Source: Myxococcota bacterium (GTDB lineage Bacteria; Myxococcota_A; UBA796; UBA9615; JAKLKC01). From it: DNA of 64,000 bases. The notes under the pieces were generated by a model. The model was not told the DNA's origin. It worked only from the letters and a program-made list of their open reading frames with translations, and searched no databases. A program made the translations under genes and the position numbers. Shown here in pieces: positions 17,587 through 26,785 of this stretch. Each line of letters starts with the position of its first letter. The stretch's first letter is position 1. Where the stretch lies: the NCBI GenBank assembly GCA_023150875.1, contig JAKLKC010000024.1, positions 9,119 through 73,118 of the forward strand. The letters are read 5' to 3'.

Positions 17587-19758
17587 ATGCCCTTCCCGCC
17601 GGCCCTCCTCCGCCCGCTCCGCCGCCCGTCCCTGCTCCTGGCGCTGCTGGGGCTCGTGCTCGCCGCCGCGCCCGCCCGGGCCGAGGTCGCCCTGCGCGCC
17701 CTGAGCCCGGTGATGGTCTCGGAGGGAATGCGGAAGGCCGCGGACCCCGCTCTGCGGGCCGCCCTGGAGGAGGTCGCGGGCGGTGCCCTCGCCGGTGCCC
17801 TGGACGCCCGGTTCCCCGAGGCCGCCGCCGCCGGCCGCACCCGGGAGGAGTCGTCGCGGATCCAGCTCGAGCTCCAGGACCTGCTCCACCTGGGCCTGAG
17901 GCTGTCCCGGGCCCAGCTCCGCACCATCCACTTCGGCGAGGACCGCACCGACTTCCAGCTCTCGGTGACCGGCACCCTGTTCATCGTGAACCTGGGCACC
18001 GGCGAGGTCCTGGACGCCCGCTCCGTCACCTCGAAGACGACCTCCAAGAAGTCGGGGCGTGTGGCGGCTCCGCCCCGGGACGTGGTGGAGGCCCTGGCGG
18101 AGGCGGGGGCGAAGCAGCTCGTGGGGGAGCTGGCGGGGCGGCTCGCCAAAGACTTCCGGCCCGGCCGCATCGAGGCCCGGGTCGCCGACACCCACCGGGG
18201 GGCGCTGGTCCTGGCCCGGGGCTACATGGACGGCGCCTACAACGGCGAGGTCTTCCAGCTCCCCTCGGACGACGGCAAGCCGCCCCGCACCTTCCAGGTC
18301 TTCCAGACCCAGGAGAAGCTCAGCCTCGCACGGCCCACGTCGGCGGGGGGGCTGCCCAAGGCGGGGACGGTCCTGGCGCGGATCGGCATGACGGCCAGCG
18401 CCGGCAACACGCCCCGGCTGATGGTGGCCCGGGCCGAGGGGGAAGGGGAGGCGGTGCGGGGCGTGGCCCCCGAGGACATCGACCAGTGGGCCGAGGACCT
18501 GCTGGCCGACTCCGGCTTCGTGGTGCTGCCGTCGGCGGGGGACCTCGTGCGGGCGCAGCTCGCCGAGGCGGCCCGGGTGGACGTGGCCGAGAAGGCGCTG
18601 GTGGGGGCGCAGGTGCAGCCGGACCTGCTGGTGGTGGCGCGCATGGAGAGGGCGACGCTGACCTCGTCCTTCGACGAGAAGACCTCGTCGGACCTTATGA
18701 TCGCCGAGGTGACGGCGTCCCTCTCCTTCGTGGACGTCCGCAGCGGCGCCGTGCTGTACGGCACCGACGCGACGGAGAAGCGGCAGGACTACGTGCAGGA
18801 GGGCGGCAAGCAGTTCGACGCCGACGACCTCTTCCCCGGCCTGGCCAAGGACGCGGTGCTGGCGGCGGCCAAGAAGGCGGCGGCGGGCTTCAAGCCCCGG
18901 CGCGCCTCGGCCAAGGCGACGGCGGCGACGCCGAGCCGCCTGTCGTGGTCGGTGCAGGACATCCCCTTCGGGGTGGGGACCGTCGCCGAGGTCTACCGGG
19001 GGGCCAAGGAGGTCAAGGACGGCAAGGGGGGCTCCCTCGGCTTCGTGGAGGAGCTGGTGGGCACGGCCCGGGTGGTGGAGTCGGACGGCAAGAAGGAGAA
19101 GGCGCAGCCGATGGTGCTGGCCACCGCCGCCGTCCCCGGCCTCCGGCTGAAGGCGGTGGCGGGGACGGCGACCAGCGACGCCCGCCTGGTGGCCCTGGGG
19201 GAGGTCCGCCTCCAGTCGTCCCCGGGCTCGGCGGTCCGGGTGCGGGTCGGGGACCGGGAGCGCGACCACGCCCGCACCGCCCTCTACGGCAGCGGCGCGT
19301 TCCAGGCGGTGGTGGACGGCGACCTGGCCCGGCGCCTGGACACCGCCTCGTCCTTCCTCAACTCCGGGGCCTTCGCCGCGGGGGGAGACGCCGTGGCGGA
19401 GGTGAAGGCGGCCTCCCCCACCCATCGCTGGGACGTCGAGGCGACGGTGACGGTGGGGGCCCTGGAGAAGAAAGGGGGCAAGCTGGCGCGCACCCTGCGG
19501 GCGGACGTCGCCGTCAGCCTGGTGGACGCCGAGAGCGGCCAGCCGGTGACCCTGAAGCGTCCCAACGGCGAGACCATGACCCGCTACACGAACTACTACC
19601 TGGAGCGGACCCTCTCCGCCCGCGAGAAGAAGGGGGTGGTCGCCGTGGGTCTCGCCGACGACGATATGCCCGCGGCGGTGGAGGTCCTGCTCCTGGACGC
19701 CTTCCGCGAGGCGGCCAGCCGCACCCGGAAGCTGGCGGACGCGGGCCAGTCCCCCTGA
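17587..19758 (+). CDS. Secreted protein with tandem CsgG/FlgT-M-like and FlgT-C-like domains
   Basis: Signal ...LAAAPARA; three L.xV(N/D)xxTG/SG motifs (IVNLGTGEVL, FVDVRSGAVL, LVDAESGQPV); VYRGAKEVKDGKGGSLGFVEELVG. Confidence 0.72.
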   Translation: MPFPPALLRPLRRPSLLLALLGLVLAAAPARAEVALRALSPVMVSEGMRKAADPALRAALEEVAGGALAGALDARFPEAAAAGRTREESSRIQLELQDLLHLGLRLSRAQLRTIHFGEDRTDFQLSVTGTLFIVNLGTGEVLDARSVTSKTTSKKSGRVAAPPRDVVEALAEAGAKQLVGELAGRLAKDFRPGRIEARVADTHRGALVLARGYMDGAYNGEVFQLPSDDGKPPRTFQVFQTQEKLSLARPTSAGGLPKAGTVLARIGMTASAGNTPRLMVARAEGEGEAVRGVAPEDIDQWAEDLLADSGFVVLPSAGDLVRAQLAEAARVDVAEKALVGAQVQPDLLVVARMERATLTSSFDEKTSSDLMIAEVTASLSFVDVRSGAVLYGTDATEKRQDYVQEGGKQFDADDLFPGLAKDAVLAAAKKAAAGFKPRRASAKATAATPSRLSWSVQDIPFGVGTVAEVYRGAKEVKDGKGGSLGFVEELVGTARVVESDGKKEKAQPMVLATAAVPGLRLKAVAGTATSDARLVALGEVRLQSSPGSAVRVRVGDRERDHARTALYGSGAFQAVVDGDLARRLDTASSFLNSGAFAAGGDAVAEVKAASPTHRWDVEATVTVGALEKKGGKLARTLRADVAVSLVDAESGQPVTLKRPNGETMTRYTNYYLERTLSAREKKGVVAVGLADDDMPAAVEVLLLDAFREAASRTRKLADAGQSP

Positions 19759-19942
19759 TCGCCGCGAGTCCGCCGCGCCAAGGGGCAAGGGGGACGGAGC
19801 GCCCGCTGGGGTGGACCGAGGGGCGGAGACCGCCCGACCTCTCCCGCGGGGTCCGAGGACGGCGGGAGCCCGTGTGGTGTGTTCGCGCGAGAACAACCCC
19901 GGTATCCGCCGCAGGCGCTTGCATCCAGCGGGGTTGGCTGCA

Positions 19943-20083
19943 AGCGACGCCCATCGCCCGCGGACCTTCTCGGTGGTCAACCTGGAGTTGGAGGCGGAGG
20001 AGCGGATCGGGGAGACCCGGGTGCTGTGGCGGCCGGTGGAGGCCCTGGCAGCGGTGGAGGAGGTGCTGTGGGGGAGAGGCTGA
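19943..20083 (+). pseudogene. Orphan C-terminal gene fragment (possibly AAA/DUF4143-type tail)
   Basis: GC3-rich DAHRPRTFSVVNLELEAEERIGETRVLWRP...* with no convincing start. Confidence 0.3.
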
Positions 20084-20195
20084 GCCGACGGCCCCCACCG
20101 ACCGCGAAGGGAAGGGAGTGGTCGCCTTGGACATCGCCGAGGGCGGTGTGCGTCCGAGGGGTGCCCTCCGGACCCTTGCCCGGTGGAACACCCTG

Positions 20196-21611
20196 TCAGG
20201 GCTGCGCGAAGGCCGCCATGAAGGGCGCGCGCCCCGTCGGGTTGGCGCCGGTGAGGGTGCCCACGCTTCCGCCGAGGTCGAGGTCGTGCTCCATGAAGCC
20301 GGCCAGGACGACGGTGCCGTCGTCCGCCACGGCCATCATCGTGTTGAGGTTGTCGGCGTCCATCGGGTACAGCGCGCTCCAACGGGGGGCGCCGGTGGCC
20401 CCGTCGAAGGACGCGAGGAAGAGGGCGTCGCCCCCGGCGCCGGCGGCGCCGCAGCCGGCGTCGAAGTCCTCGTCGGCCGTCGTGGTGTTGCCGGCGACGT
20501 AGACGTTGCCCAGGGCGTCGAAGGCGACGGCCTGGACCTCGGAGTTCACGTAGCCTCCGAACCGGTGGACCCAGGCGAGGCCGCCTTCGTTGTCGTAGAG
20601 CACGACGTACCAGCCGTCGACCTGCCCGGTGTCGCCGCCGAAGTCGCTGGCCATGTAGCCGGTGCCCGCCATGGCCCAGTACCCCGAGCCGTGGCTCGCG
20701 ACCCGGTCGGCGGCGGGACCCTCGAAGGGGGCGAACATGTCCGGGACGCCGTCGGGATCCAGGCGGACGACGAAGCGGCCGCTCGGCGTGCCGATACCCA
20801 GGTCGACGCCGGACTCGCCCTCGGTGATCACGTAGGTGCCGCAGGCGTCCCCGGCGACGTCGTCGATCTCCTGCGTGGCCTCGTCACCCCACGCCCCGCT
20901 CCAGACGTGGTCGCCCGCGGAGTCGAGGCGAAACGCGGCGAGGTCCTTGCCGCCGCCGTGGGGGAGGGTCCCGCCGCCCAGGTCCACCGCCGCCTCGACG
21001 TAGCCGGCGAGCACCACGCCGCCGTCCCGCTGCACGACCATGCCCAGCTTGGTGAGGTCGTCGTCGTCCACGAGGACGCCGGTGCTCGCCCCCGTGCCGT
21101 CGGCGGCGGACAGGCGCCAGACCTCGTGCTTCACCGCGATCAGGCTCCCCGTATCATCGAAGTCGAGGGCCTCGATCCGCCAGATGTCGTCGCGCCGCCA
21201 CCGCTCGTTCCCCGTCGCCACGTCGACGGCGATGAGCGACTCGGCCCCCACGTAGGCGGTCCCCCCGTCCACGAGCAGAGCGAGGGGCTCCTCGCCCTCC
21301 CACGAGGTCGCCCAAAGCGCGGACGGCGAGCCGGAGCACGCCGCGCCGGCGTCGCCTCCGTGGCCGGTACCGTCGCAGGTGGACGGGGGCTCGGTGGTGT
21401 CGTCGTCGCCGCCGGTGTCGTCGTCGCCGCCGGTGTCGTCGTCGCCGCCGGTGTCGTCGTCGCCGCCGGTGTCGTCGTCGCCGCCGGTGTCGTCGTCGCC
21501 CCCGGCGTCGTCGTCGTCGCCGGTCGGGCCGCAGCCGGCCGGGCCCAGGGGGGAGGAGACGAGGGCGGCGAGGAGGAGGAGGGCGGGGGTAGGCGAGGAC
21601 GTGGAGCTCAT
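20196..21611 (-). CDS. Putative lipoprotein: GGDDDT linker + beta-propeller (PQQ/SBBP-like)
   Basis: Hydrophobic leader...AGCGP; AVDVATGNERW, RLDSAGDHVWS, AVAFDALGNVYVAG. Confidence 0.75.
   Translation of the reverse strand: MSSTSSPTPALLLLAALVSSPLGPAGCGPTGDDDDAGGDDDTGGDDDTGGDDDTGGDDDTGGDDDTGGDDDTTEPPSTCDGTGHGGDAGAACSGSPSALWATSWEGEEPLALLVDGGTAYVGAESLIAVDVATGNERWRRDDIWRIEALDFDDTGSLIAVKHEVWRLSAADGTGASTGVLVDDDDLTKLGMVVQRDGGVVLAGYVEAAVDLGGGTLPHGGGKDLAAFRLDSAGDHVWSGAWGDEATQEIDDVAGDACGTYVITEGESGVDLGIGTPSGRFVVRLDPDGVPDMFAPFEGPAADRVASHGSGYWAMAGTGYMASDFGGDTGQVDGWYVVLYDNEGGLAWVHRFGGYVNSEVQAVAFDALGNVYVAGNTTTADEDFDAGCGAAGAGGDALFLASFDGATGAPRWSALYPMDADNLNTMMAVADDGTVVLAGFMEHDLDLGGSVGTLTGANPTGRAPFMAAFAQP
21396..21521 (-). 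repeat. 18-bp tandem repeat x6-7 (GGDDDT)
   Basis: ggtgtcgtcgtcgccgcc units. Confidence 0.9.
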
Positions 21612-21806
21612 GGGGATCCTCCAATTCGTGGTGCGTGGGGGCACCTCCCTTCAGCGAGCAGAGTCTACCGCACGCGAGAGCGACCGTGGAGGTACCCCGT
21701 GGGCTCGGGTATGGTGGTCGTGTGTGACTCCGCACCGCGCGGGCCCGCCGCCGGGCGGGCGCCACCGGCGCCGACCTCGATGTTCCCCCGGCCCCCCTGA
21801 ACCCGC

Positions 21807-24800
21807 ATGGGGTCTTCCCATGCGGCCGAACACGGATCCGTGACGGCTCCGCCCTCGCCCCCCTGGCTCCTTCCGTTCTGCGACGCCCGCCGCGTCCGGC
21901 CCGCCGGGTGGGCGTTCCTGTTCTTGCTATACGGCACGGCCGCGATCCTGAGGATCGCCTGCTGGACCGAGCACCCCGCCGTCGCGGAGACCCTCTTCGT
22001 CGGCTCCGCCGCCGACATGTTCACCCGGGGGGAGGCGAGGTGGCCTTGGGAGCTCACCCAGGAGCCCTACGCCCTCGGGCCCGGGCTGGAGGCGATGGGC
22101 CTCGCCCTGGCGCACCCCCTCCTGGGGGAGAGGCTGCTGGCGGTGCGGGTGCTGGGGGCCCTGGCGGACCTGGTCACCACCGGGGTCGTGGTGGGCGTCT
22201 TCTCCCGCCTCTCCGGGGGGCCGACGGCCCTCCTGGTGGGCCTCGCGCTGGTCCTCGCCCCCGGCGCCGTCGCGGACCATCGCTACTACTGGGGAGTGCC
22301 CCACGCCCGGCAGTGGCTCTACGCGGCCCCCGCGCTGCTGGCCCTGGCCACCCTGCGGGACACCCCCGCCCCGAGGGCGATCCGCCGGTCGGCCCTCGCC
22401 GCCGTCGCGGGGCTGCTCCTGGGGCTCGGGTGCGCCGCGTACCTCCTGTTCGGCCTGGTGGCCCTGGCCTTCGGAGTCCTGGCCGCCTCGGGGTGGCTGG
22501 GGCCGCTCCGGCCGCGGGAGATCGCCGCCGCCGCCGCGGGCTTCGCCCTGGGGCTCTCCCCCCTCGGCCTGGCCCTCGAGGTCTCGGCGGTCCAGGGGGC
22601 GGGCGCGGACCCGGGCCGCTTCGCGGAGCTGGTCCGGTTCCACCTGCTCTCGCCCCAGCGGCTGCTCCTGCCCATCGGCTTCCCCGCCATCACCTTCCCC
22701 CTCCCCTGGGACGTGGGCGCGGGGTCCACCGCCCTCCGGGCCGCCCTGGCCCTGGTGGTCTCCGTCCCCACCCTCGCCTGCGCCGTCCGGGTGGGGAGGT
22801 CCCTCGCCCGGGCGCCGCGCCCCGATCGCGCCTCCCTGCCCCTCGCCGAGGGGGCGGCGGTGGTCCTCATCGCCGTCGTCGCCCTCTTCGGCCTCGGCCC
22901 GGCGACGCCCCCGTTCACGACCCTGCCGGGCACCACGGGCCGGTACGCCGTGGTGCTCTTCCCCGGGGCGGCGCTGCTGGCGGCCCGGGTGGCGCTCGAC
23001 GCCTCCGCGGCCCGCTGGATGCGGGCGGCGCTGCCGCTGGGGCTGGTCTCGGGGCTGGCGGTGCTGGGCATCGACGCCGCGCGGGGGCCGACCCCGGGGG
23101 TCCTGGAGCGCCCCGACGGCTCGGCGATCTGGCTGGCCCGCCACGACCGGCGCGTGGGAGCGAGCGGGGAGGAGGTCGCGGGGCGCCTGCTCGCGCGCGG
23201 GCCCGGGGACCGCTGGGGCTACGCCTTCGGCGCGGGGATCGAGGCGAGCTCGAGCCCCGGGGAGCCGCCGCCTCCCACCGCCGTCATCGCCGAGGATCCG
23301 GGCCTCGCGGACGCCTACGTCGCGGGGATCTGCTTCGGGTGGACCCTCTTCCGGAACGGCGTGGTGGGGGTCGGGGTGGCCCACGCGGTGGCGGTGCCCT
23401 CCCCCGAGCCCCCCTCCCACGCTGACGCCGGGCGGTTCCCGGCCGCCTGCGCCGCGGGCATCGCCGAGTACGTGCGCTACGCCGTCCCCGCCGGGGACCA
23501 GGACGAGGCCGCCGCCGCCGCCGCCGAGGCATTGGGCCCGATGGGCGACGCGCTCCGGGAGGCGTGGCGGAGGATGCCGGCGGAACACCTCTTCGCCCGG
23601 AGGGTGGACGCGGCGGAGCTCCGCGCCCGGGGGCTGGCGGCCGTGGGGGGGCGACCCGCCGGACTCGGGGGGGCCGCGGAGAGCGGGGGTGAGACGACGG
23701 GTTGCGGCCCGCCGTCGGAAGGGGGCGAGGCGAGCCCCGATCCGACGACCCTGGTGGTGGTCCACAGCGTCACGGGCCGGACGGCGCGGGTGGGAGCGGA
23801 GATCGCGGCGATGCTGGGGGCGCCGTGCGTCCGCTACCGCGACGCGCCCCCCCTCCCGGGCTACGCCCCCGGGTCGGGGGGAGCCCTCGCCGAGGTCCTC
23901 CCGACCCTCCGCCTGGATGGGGTGAGGGAACTCTACGTGGGGTTCCCCATCTGGGCGGAGGGGCCGGCTCCCCCCGCCCTCGCCTTCCTGGAGCGCCTGG
24001 ACCTGGCCGGGATCCGGGTCGTGCCCTTCTACACGTTCACCCACTACGCGGCGCCCGGCGCGCTGGCGGCCCTGGCGGACGCGGTGCGCCGAAGGGGGGG
24101 CTCGACCGCCCCGCCGCAGGGGTTCCTGTTCCCCCTGGCCGCCACCGACGACGATGTCGCCGCCGCCGCCCACCGGGCCATCCTGGGGCGCCCCGACCTG
24201 TGGAGCAGGGGGCGTACCGCCCGCGGGCCGGCGCCGTCCCCGGGTTGCGCCCCGGGACCGGAGGCCCACGGCGCGCCCCTGTGCGCGGTCCCCGAGGGGG
24301 ACGCCTGGCTCGGCGACGATGGCTCGCCGGGCAGCCCGAGGGGCTACCCGCCGCCCCGGCGGGTGCGGGTGCCCGCCTTTCGCGTCGACCGCCACGAGGT
24401 GACCATCGCCCAGTACGCGCGGTGCGTGGACGCCGGGGGTTGCCCCCCCGTCGCCCTGGACTCCATGGCGTGCCGCCCCCTCGGGGCCCTGGAGCCGGAG
24501 CTGCCCCTGCCCTGCGCGTCGGAGCGGGACGCCCGGGCCTATTGCGGCTGGGCGGGCCTGCGGCTGCCCACCGAGGCGGAGTGGATCCGGGCCGCCCGGG
24601 GCGAGTCCGCCACCCCGCGGCCGTGGGGGGAGGACCTGGGCGATCCCTCGACGCCGCTCCGCGCCAACCTGGGCGGGAAGGCGGGGACCACCCTGCCCCA
24701 CTACTCCCTGGTGCCCGACGAGCTCCCCTGGCCCGACGACGGCTTCCCCGGACTCGCGCCCCCCTGCGCCTTCCCCGCCGGCGAGAGCCCCTTCGGCGCC

Positions 24801-25022
24801 TGCGACCTGGTGGGGAACCTGGCGGAGTGGGTCGACGGAGCCCCCTCCCCCGGGCCGGGTTGGCTGAAGGGGGGGAGCTGGATGGACGCCGACCCCGCCG
24901 CGCTGCGGATCGGCTCCCGGGCCTCCCTGTCCCGGGACTTCGGCATGTACCTGACGGGGTTCCGGTGTGCGGGGCCGGCGGTGGGCGCTGGCGGGGGACC
25001 TCCGGGAGGGGGCGGCGGGTGA
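21807..25022 (+). CDS. Fusion: GT-C-like polytopic membrane domain + flavodoxin-like + FGE-sulfatase domain
   Basis: Many TM helices; VVVHSVTGRT and VGFPIW (flavodoxin); FRVDRHEVT, RLPTEAEW, GNLAEWV, KGGSW, GFRC (FGE); start uncertain. Confidence 0.7.
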   Translation: MGSSHAAEHGSVTAPPSPPWLLPFCDARRVRPAGWAFLFLLYGTAAILRIACWTEHPAVAETLFVGSAADMFTRGEARWPWELTQEPYALGPGLEAMGLALAHPLLGERLLAVRVLGALADLVTTGVVVGVFSRLSGGPTALLVGLALVLAPGAVADHRYYWGVPHARQWLYAAPALLALATLRDTPAPRAIRRSALAAVAGLLLGLGCAAYLLFGLVALAFGVLAASGWLGPLRPREIAAAAAGFALGLSPLGLALEVSAVQGAGADPGRFAELVRFHLLSPQRLLLPIGFPAITFPLPWDVGAGSTALRAALALVVSVPTLACAVRVGRSLARAPRPDRASLPLAEGAAVVLIAVVALFGLGPATPPFTTLPGTTGRYAVVLFPGAALLAARVALDASAARWMRAALPLGLVSGLAVLGIDAARGPTPGVLERPDGSAIWLARHDRRVGASGEEVAGRLLARGPGDRWGYAFGAGIEASSSPGEPPPPTAVIAEDPGLADAYVAGICFGWTLFRNGVVGVGVAHAVAVPSPEPPSHADAGRFPAACAAGIAEYVRYAVPAGDQDEAAAAAAEALGPMGDALREAWRRMPAEHLFARRVDAAELRARGLAAVGGRPAGLGGAAESGGETTGCGPPSEGGEASPDPTTLVVVHSVTGRTARVGAEIAAMLGAPCVRYRDAPPLPGYAPGSGGALAEVLPTLRLDGVRELYVGFPIWAEGPAPPALAFLERLDLAGIRVVPFYTFTHYAAPGALAALADAVRRRGGSTAPPQGFLFPLAATDDDVAAAAHRAILGRPDLWSRGRTARGPAPSPGCAPGPEAHGAPLCAVPEGDAWLGDDGSPGSPRGYPPPRRVRVPAFRVDRHEVTIAQYARCVDAGGCPPVALDSMACRPLGALEPELPLPCASERDARAYCGWAGLRLPTEAEWIRAARGESATPRPWGEDLGDPSTPLRANLGGKAGTTLPHYSLVPDELPWPDDGFPGLAPPCAFPAGESPFGACDLVGNLAEWVDGAPSPGPGWLKGGSWMDADPAALRIGSRASLSRDFGMYLTGFRCAGPAVGAGGGPPGGGGG

Positions 25023-26785
25023 CCGCCCGGATCCGCAGGGGGGCGCATCGCGCGGCCGCCCCGGGAGCCCCGGGGACGCGGACCGATCCGGGTGGCGCGG
25101 CGCGGCCGCCCCCCGCGGGGCCCGCCCCGGGGAACGCACCCTCGGGGACCCTGCTGGGCCGCGGACTCGCCATCCTCGTCGTGGCGGCCTGGATCTGGCT
25201 CTCGATGACCCAGGTGCCCGCCCTGCGGGCCTGGGAGAGCACCCGGTCCTGGGGGTGGACGGCCTTGGGCCTCCTCTGGCGCACCGCCACGGGCGAGCCG
25301 GTGGTCGTCCATTCCGATCTCCCCCTCGGAGTGCTCGCCGCCGCGGAGGCCGCGGTGATCGCCGCGATCCTCTTCGCGGCCGCCGTGGCGCGGGAGGCGT
25401 CCCCCGCGTGGCGACTCGCGTGCCTGGTCACCTGGGCGCAGATCTTCCCGTATCTCCCCGCGATCCTCGAGCTGTCGGGCCTCTGGCTCGCCCTGCCCGC
25501 GGCCGGGGCCATTCCCATGCTGGTGGCGGCGAAGGGACGGCGCCCCCTCGGGCCGGCGGCGATGGTCCTGGTGGAACTCGGCTGGGTTCCCGCGTTCTTC
25601 CCCTTGGCGCTCTTCACCGGAGTCATCCTCCACGTCGCGCCGCGGGTGGTGCTGGTGGGCCTGCCGGGGTGCATGGCCCTCGCCGCGGCCGTGGCGTGGG
25701 GCACCCCCCGCTGGTTGGGGATCCGCCGGCCATGGCCCAGCCTCCGCCCCGCCGTGTCGGTCCTCGTCAGCGGGTTCGCGTGGGCCTACGTGGGCGGCTC
25801 GCGCCTGGGCGCCTGGCACGAGGCGACGGAGGCCGGCCCGCGCTGCCAGGAGGTGAGACGGGGGCAACCCGGGCTGAGATGGTACGACACGCCCCCCGGC
25901 CCCCCGCTGTGGTCGGCGGTCCCGGTCCCGGGCGGAGCGCTGGCCGTGGGGGACGGGTTCGCCGTCCTCGCTCAGGACGCCGGCGGTCCGCCGGAGAGGG
26001 TCGAGATCCCGGGCTGCACCCATCCGGAGTACCTCGCCCCGGCCCGCCCCTCGGGCTTCTGGACGGTGTGCGCGATGCGCCGCGCCGTCCGCCTCGAGTC
26101 CTCCCCGCTTCGGGTCGTCGAGGACCTGGAGCTCCCTGGCCCCGTCGCCGAGACGCGGGGGGTGGTGGATTGGGGACGGCACGGGTTGCTGGTGTCGACC
26201 ACCGGGGTGTCCGCCCTGCTCGCCCGCGACCGTGCCCACACCTGGCCCTGGAGGCAGGGGGTCGCCAACATCCCCGTGGACCTCGGCGAGCGCCTGGCCC
26301 TGCTCACCTTCCGCAACGTCATCGAGCTGGACGCCTCCCTGGGGGCCCGGAGGAACGCCACGGTCCCGACCGCGATGTTCACCAACGCCGCCCCCGCCGG
26401 CGGCGCGGCGGGGCTCTGGATCGGGGACGCGGCGCGCCAGGGACTCCACCGGTTCTCGACGGAGGCGTGGCGCGTGGAGGGCTTCGTCCCCCTGGGCTTC
26501 CCGCCCCGCCACGTCGTGTCCGACGACGCCGGCCGCGCCGCCGCCGTGGACCACATGAGCGGCGCGATGGCGCTGGTGGACCCGGAGCGCGGAGTGTATG
26601 CCCGCGCCGACGTCGGCCCCCGGGCGCGGAACCTCGCGTGGGCGGGGGACGGGAGCCGGATCGTGGGGGTGTCGTCGTGTGGCGTCTACGCGATCCACCC
26701 GCCGGCCACCGCCGGCCCCGGTGGCCGGGGGCACGCGCCCTCACCCGAGGAAGCGTCGCTCCCCGATGGTCCGCAGCATCCGTAG
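25019..26785 (+). CDS. Membrane protein with C-terminal beta-propeller (YncE/YVTN-like)
   Basis: GTGA overlap; about 6 TMs; VPLGFPPRHV and ADVGPRARNL blades. Confidence 0.6.
   Translation: MTARIRRGAHRAAAPGAPGTRTDPGGAARPPPAGPAPGNAPSGTLLGRGLAILVVAAWIWLSMTQVPALRAWESTRSWGWTALGLLWRTATGEPVVVHSDLPLGVLAAAEAAVIAAILFAAAVAREASPAWRLACLVTWAQIFPYLPAILELSGLWLALPAAGAIPMLVAAKGRRPLGPAAMVLVELGWVPAFFPLALFTGVILHVAPRVVLVGLPGCMALAAAVAWGTPRWLGIRRPWPSLRPAVSVLVSGFAWAYVGGSRLGAWHEATEAGPRCQEVRRGQPGLRWYDTPPGPPLWSAVPVPGGALAVGDGFAVLAQDAGGPPERVEIPGCTHPEYLAPARPSGFWTVCAMRRAVRLESSPLRVVEDLELPGPVAETRGVVDWGRHGLLVSTTGVSALLARDRAHTWPWRQGVANIPVDLGERLALLTFRNVIELDASLGARRNATVPTAMFTNAAPAGGAAGLWIGDAARQGLHRFSTEAWRVEGFVPLGFPPRHVVSDDAGRAAAVDHMSGAMALVDPERGVYARADVGPRARNLAWAGDGSRIVGVSSCGVYAIHPPATAGPGGRGHAPSPEEASLPDGPQHP

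Noticed and set aside
21396..21521. Tandem repeats (also 56025-56255 and 63781-63995) as CRISPR arrays
   Set aside because: No unique spacers; units are multiples of 3 inside coding frames; no cas genes
24280..25022. FGE/CLec domain as a DGR target
   Set aside because: No second copy of its 3' end and no RT seen
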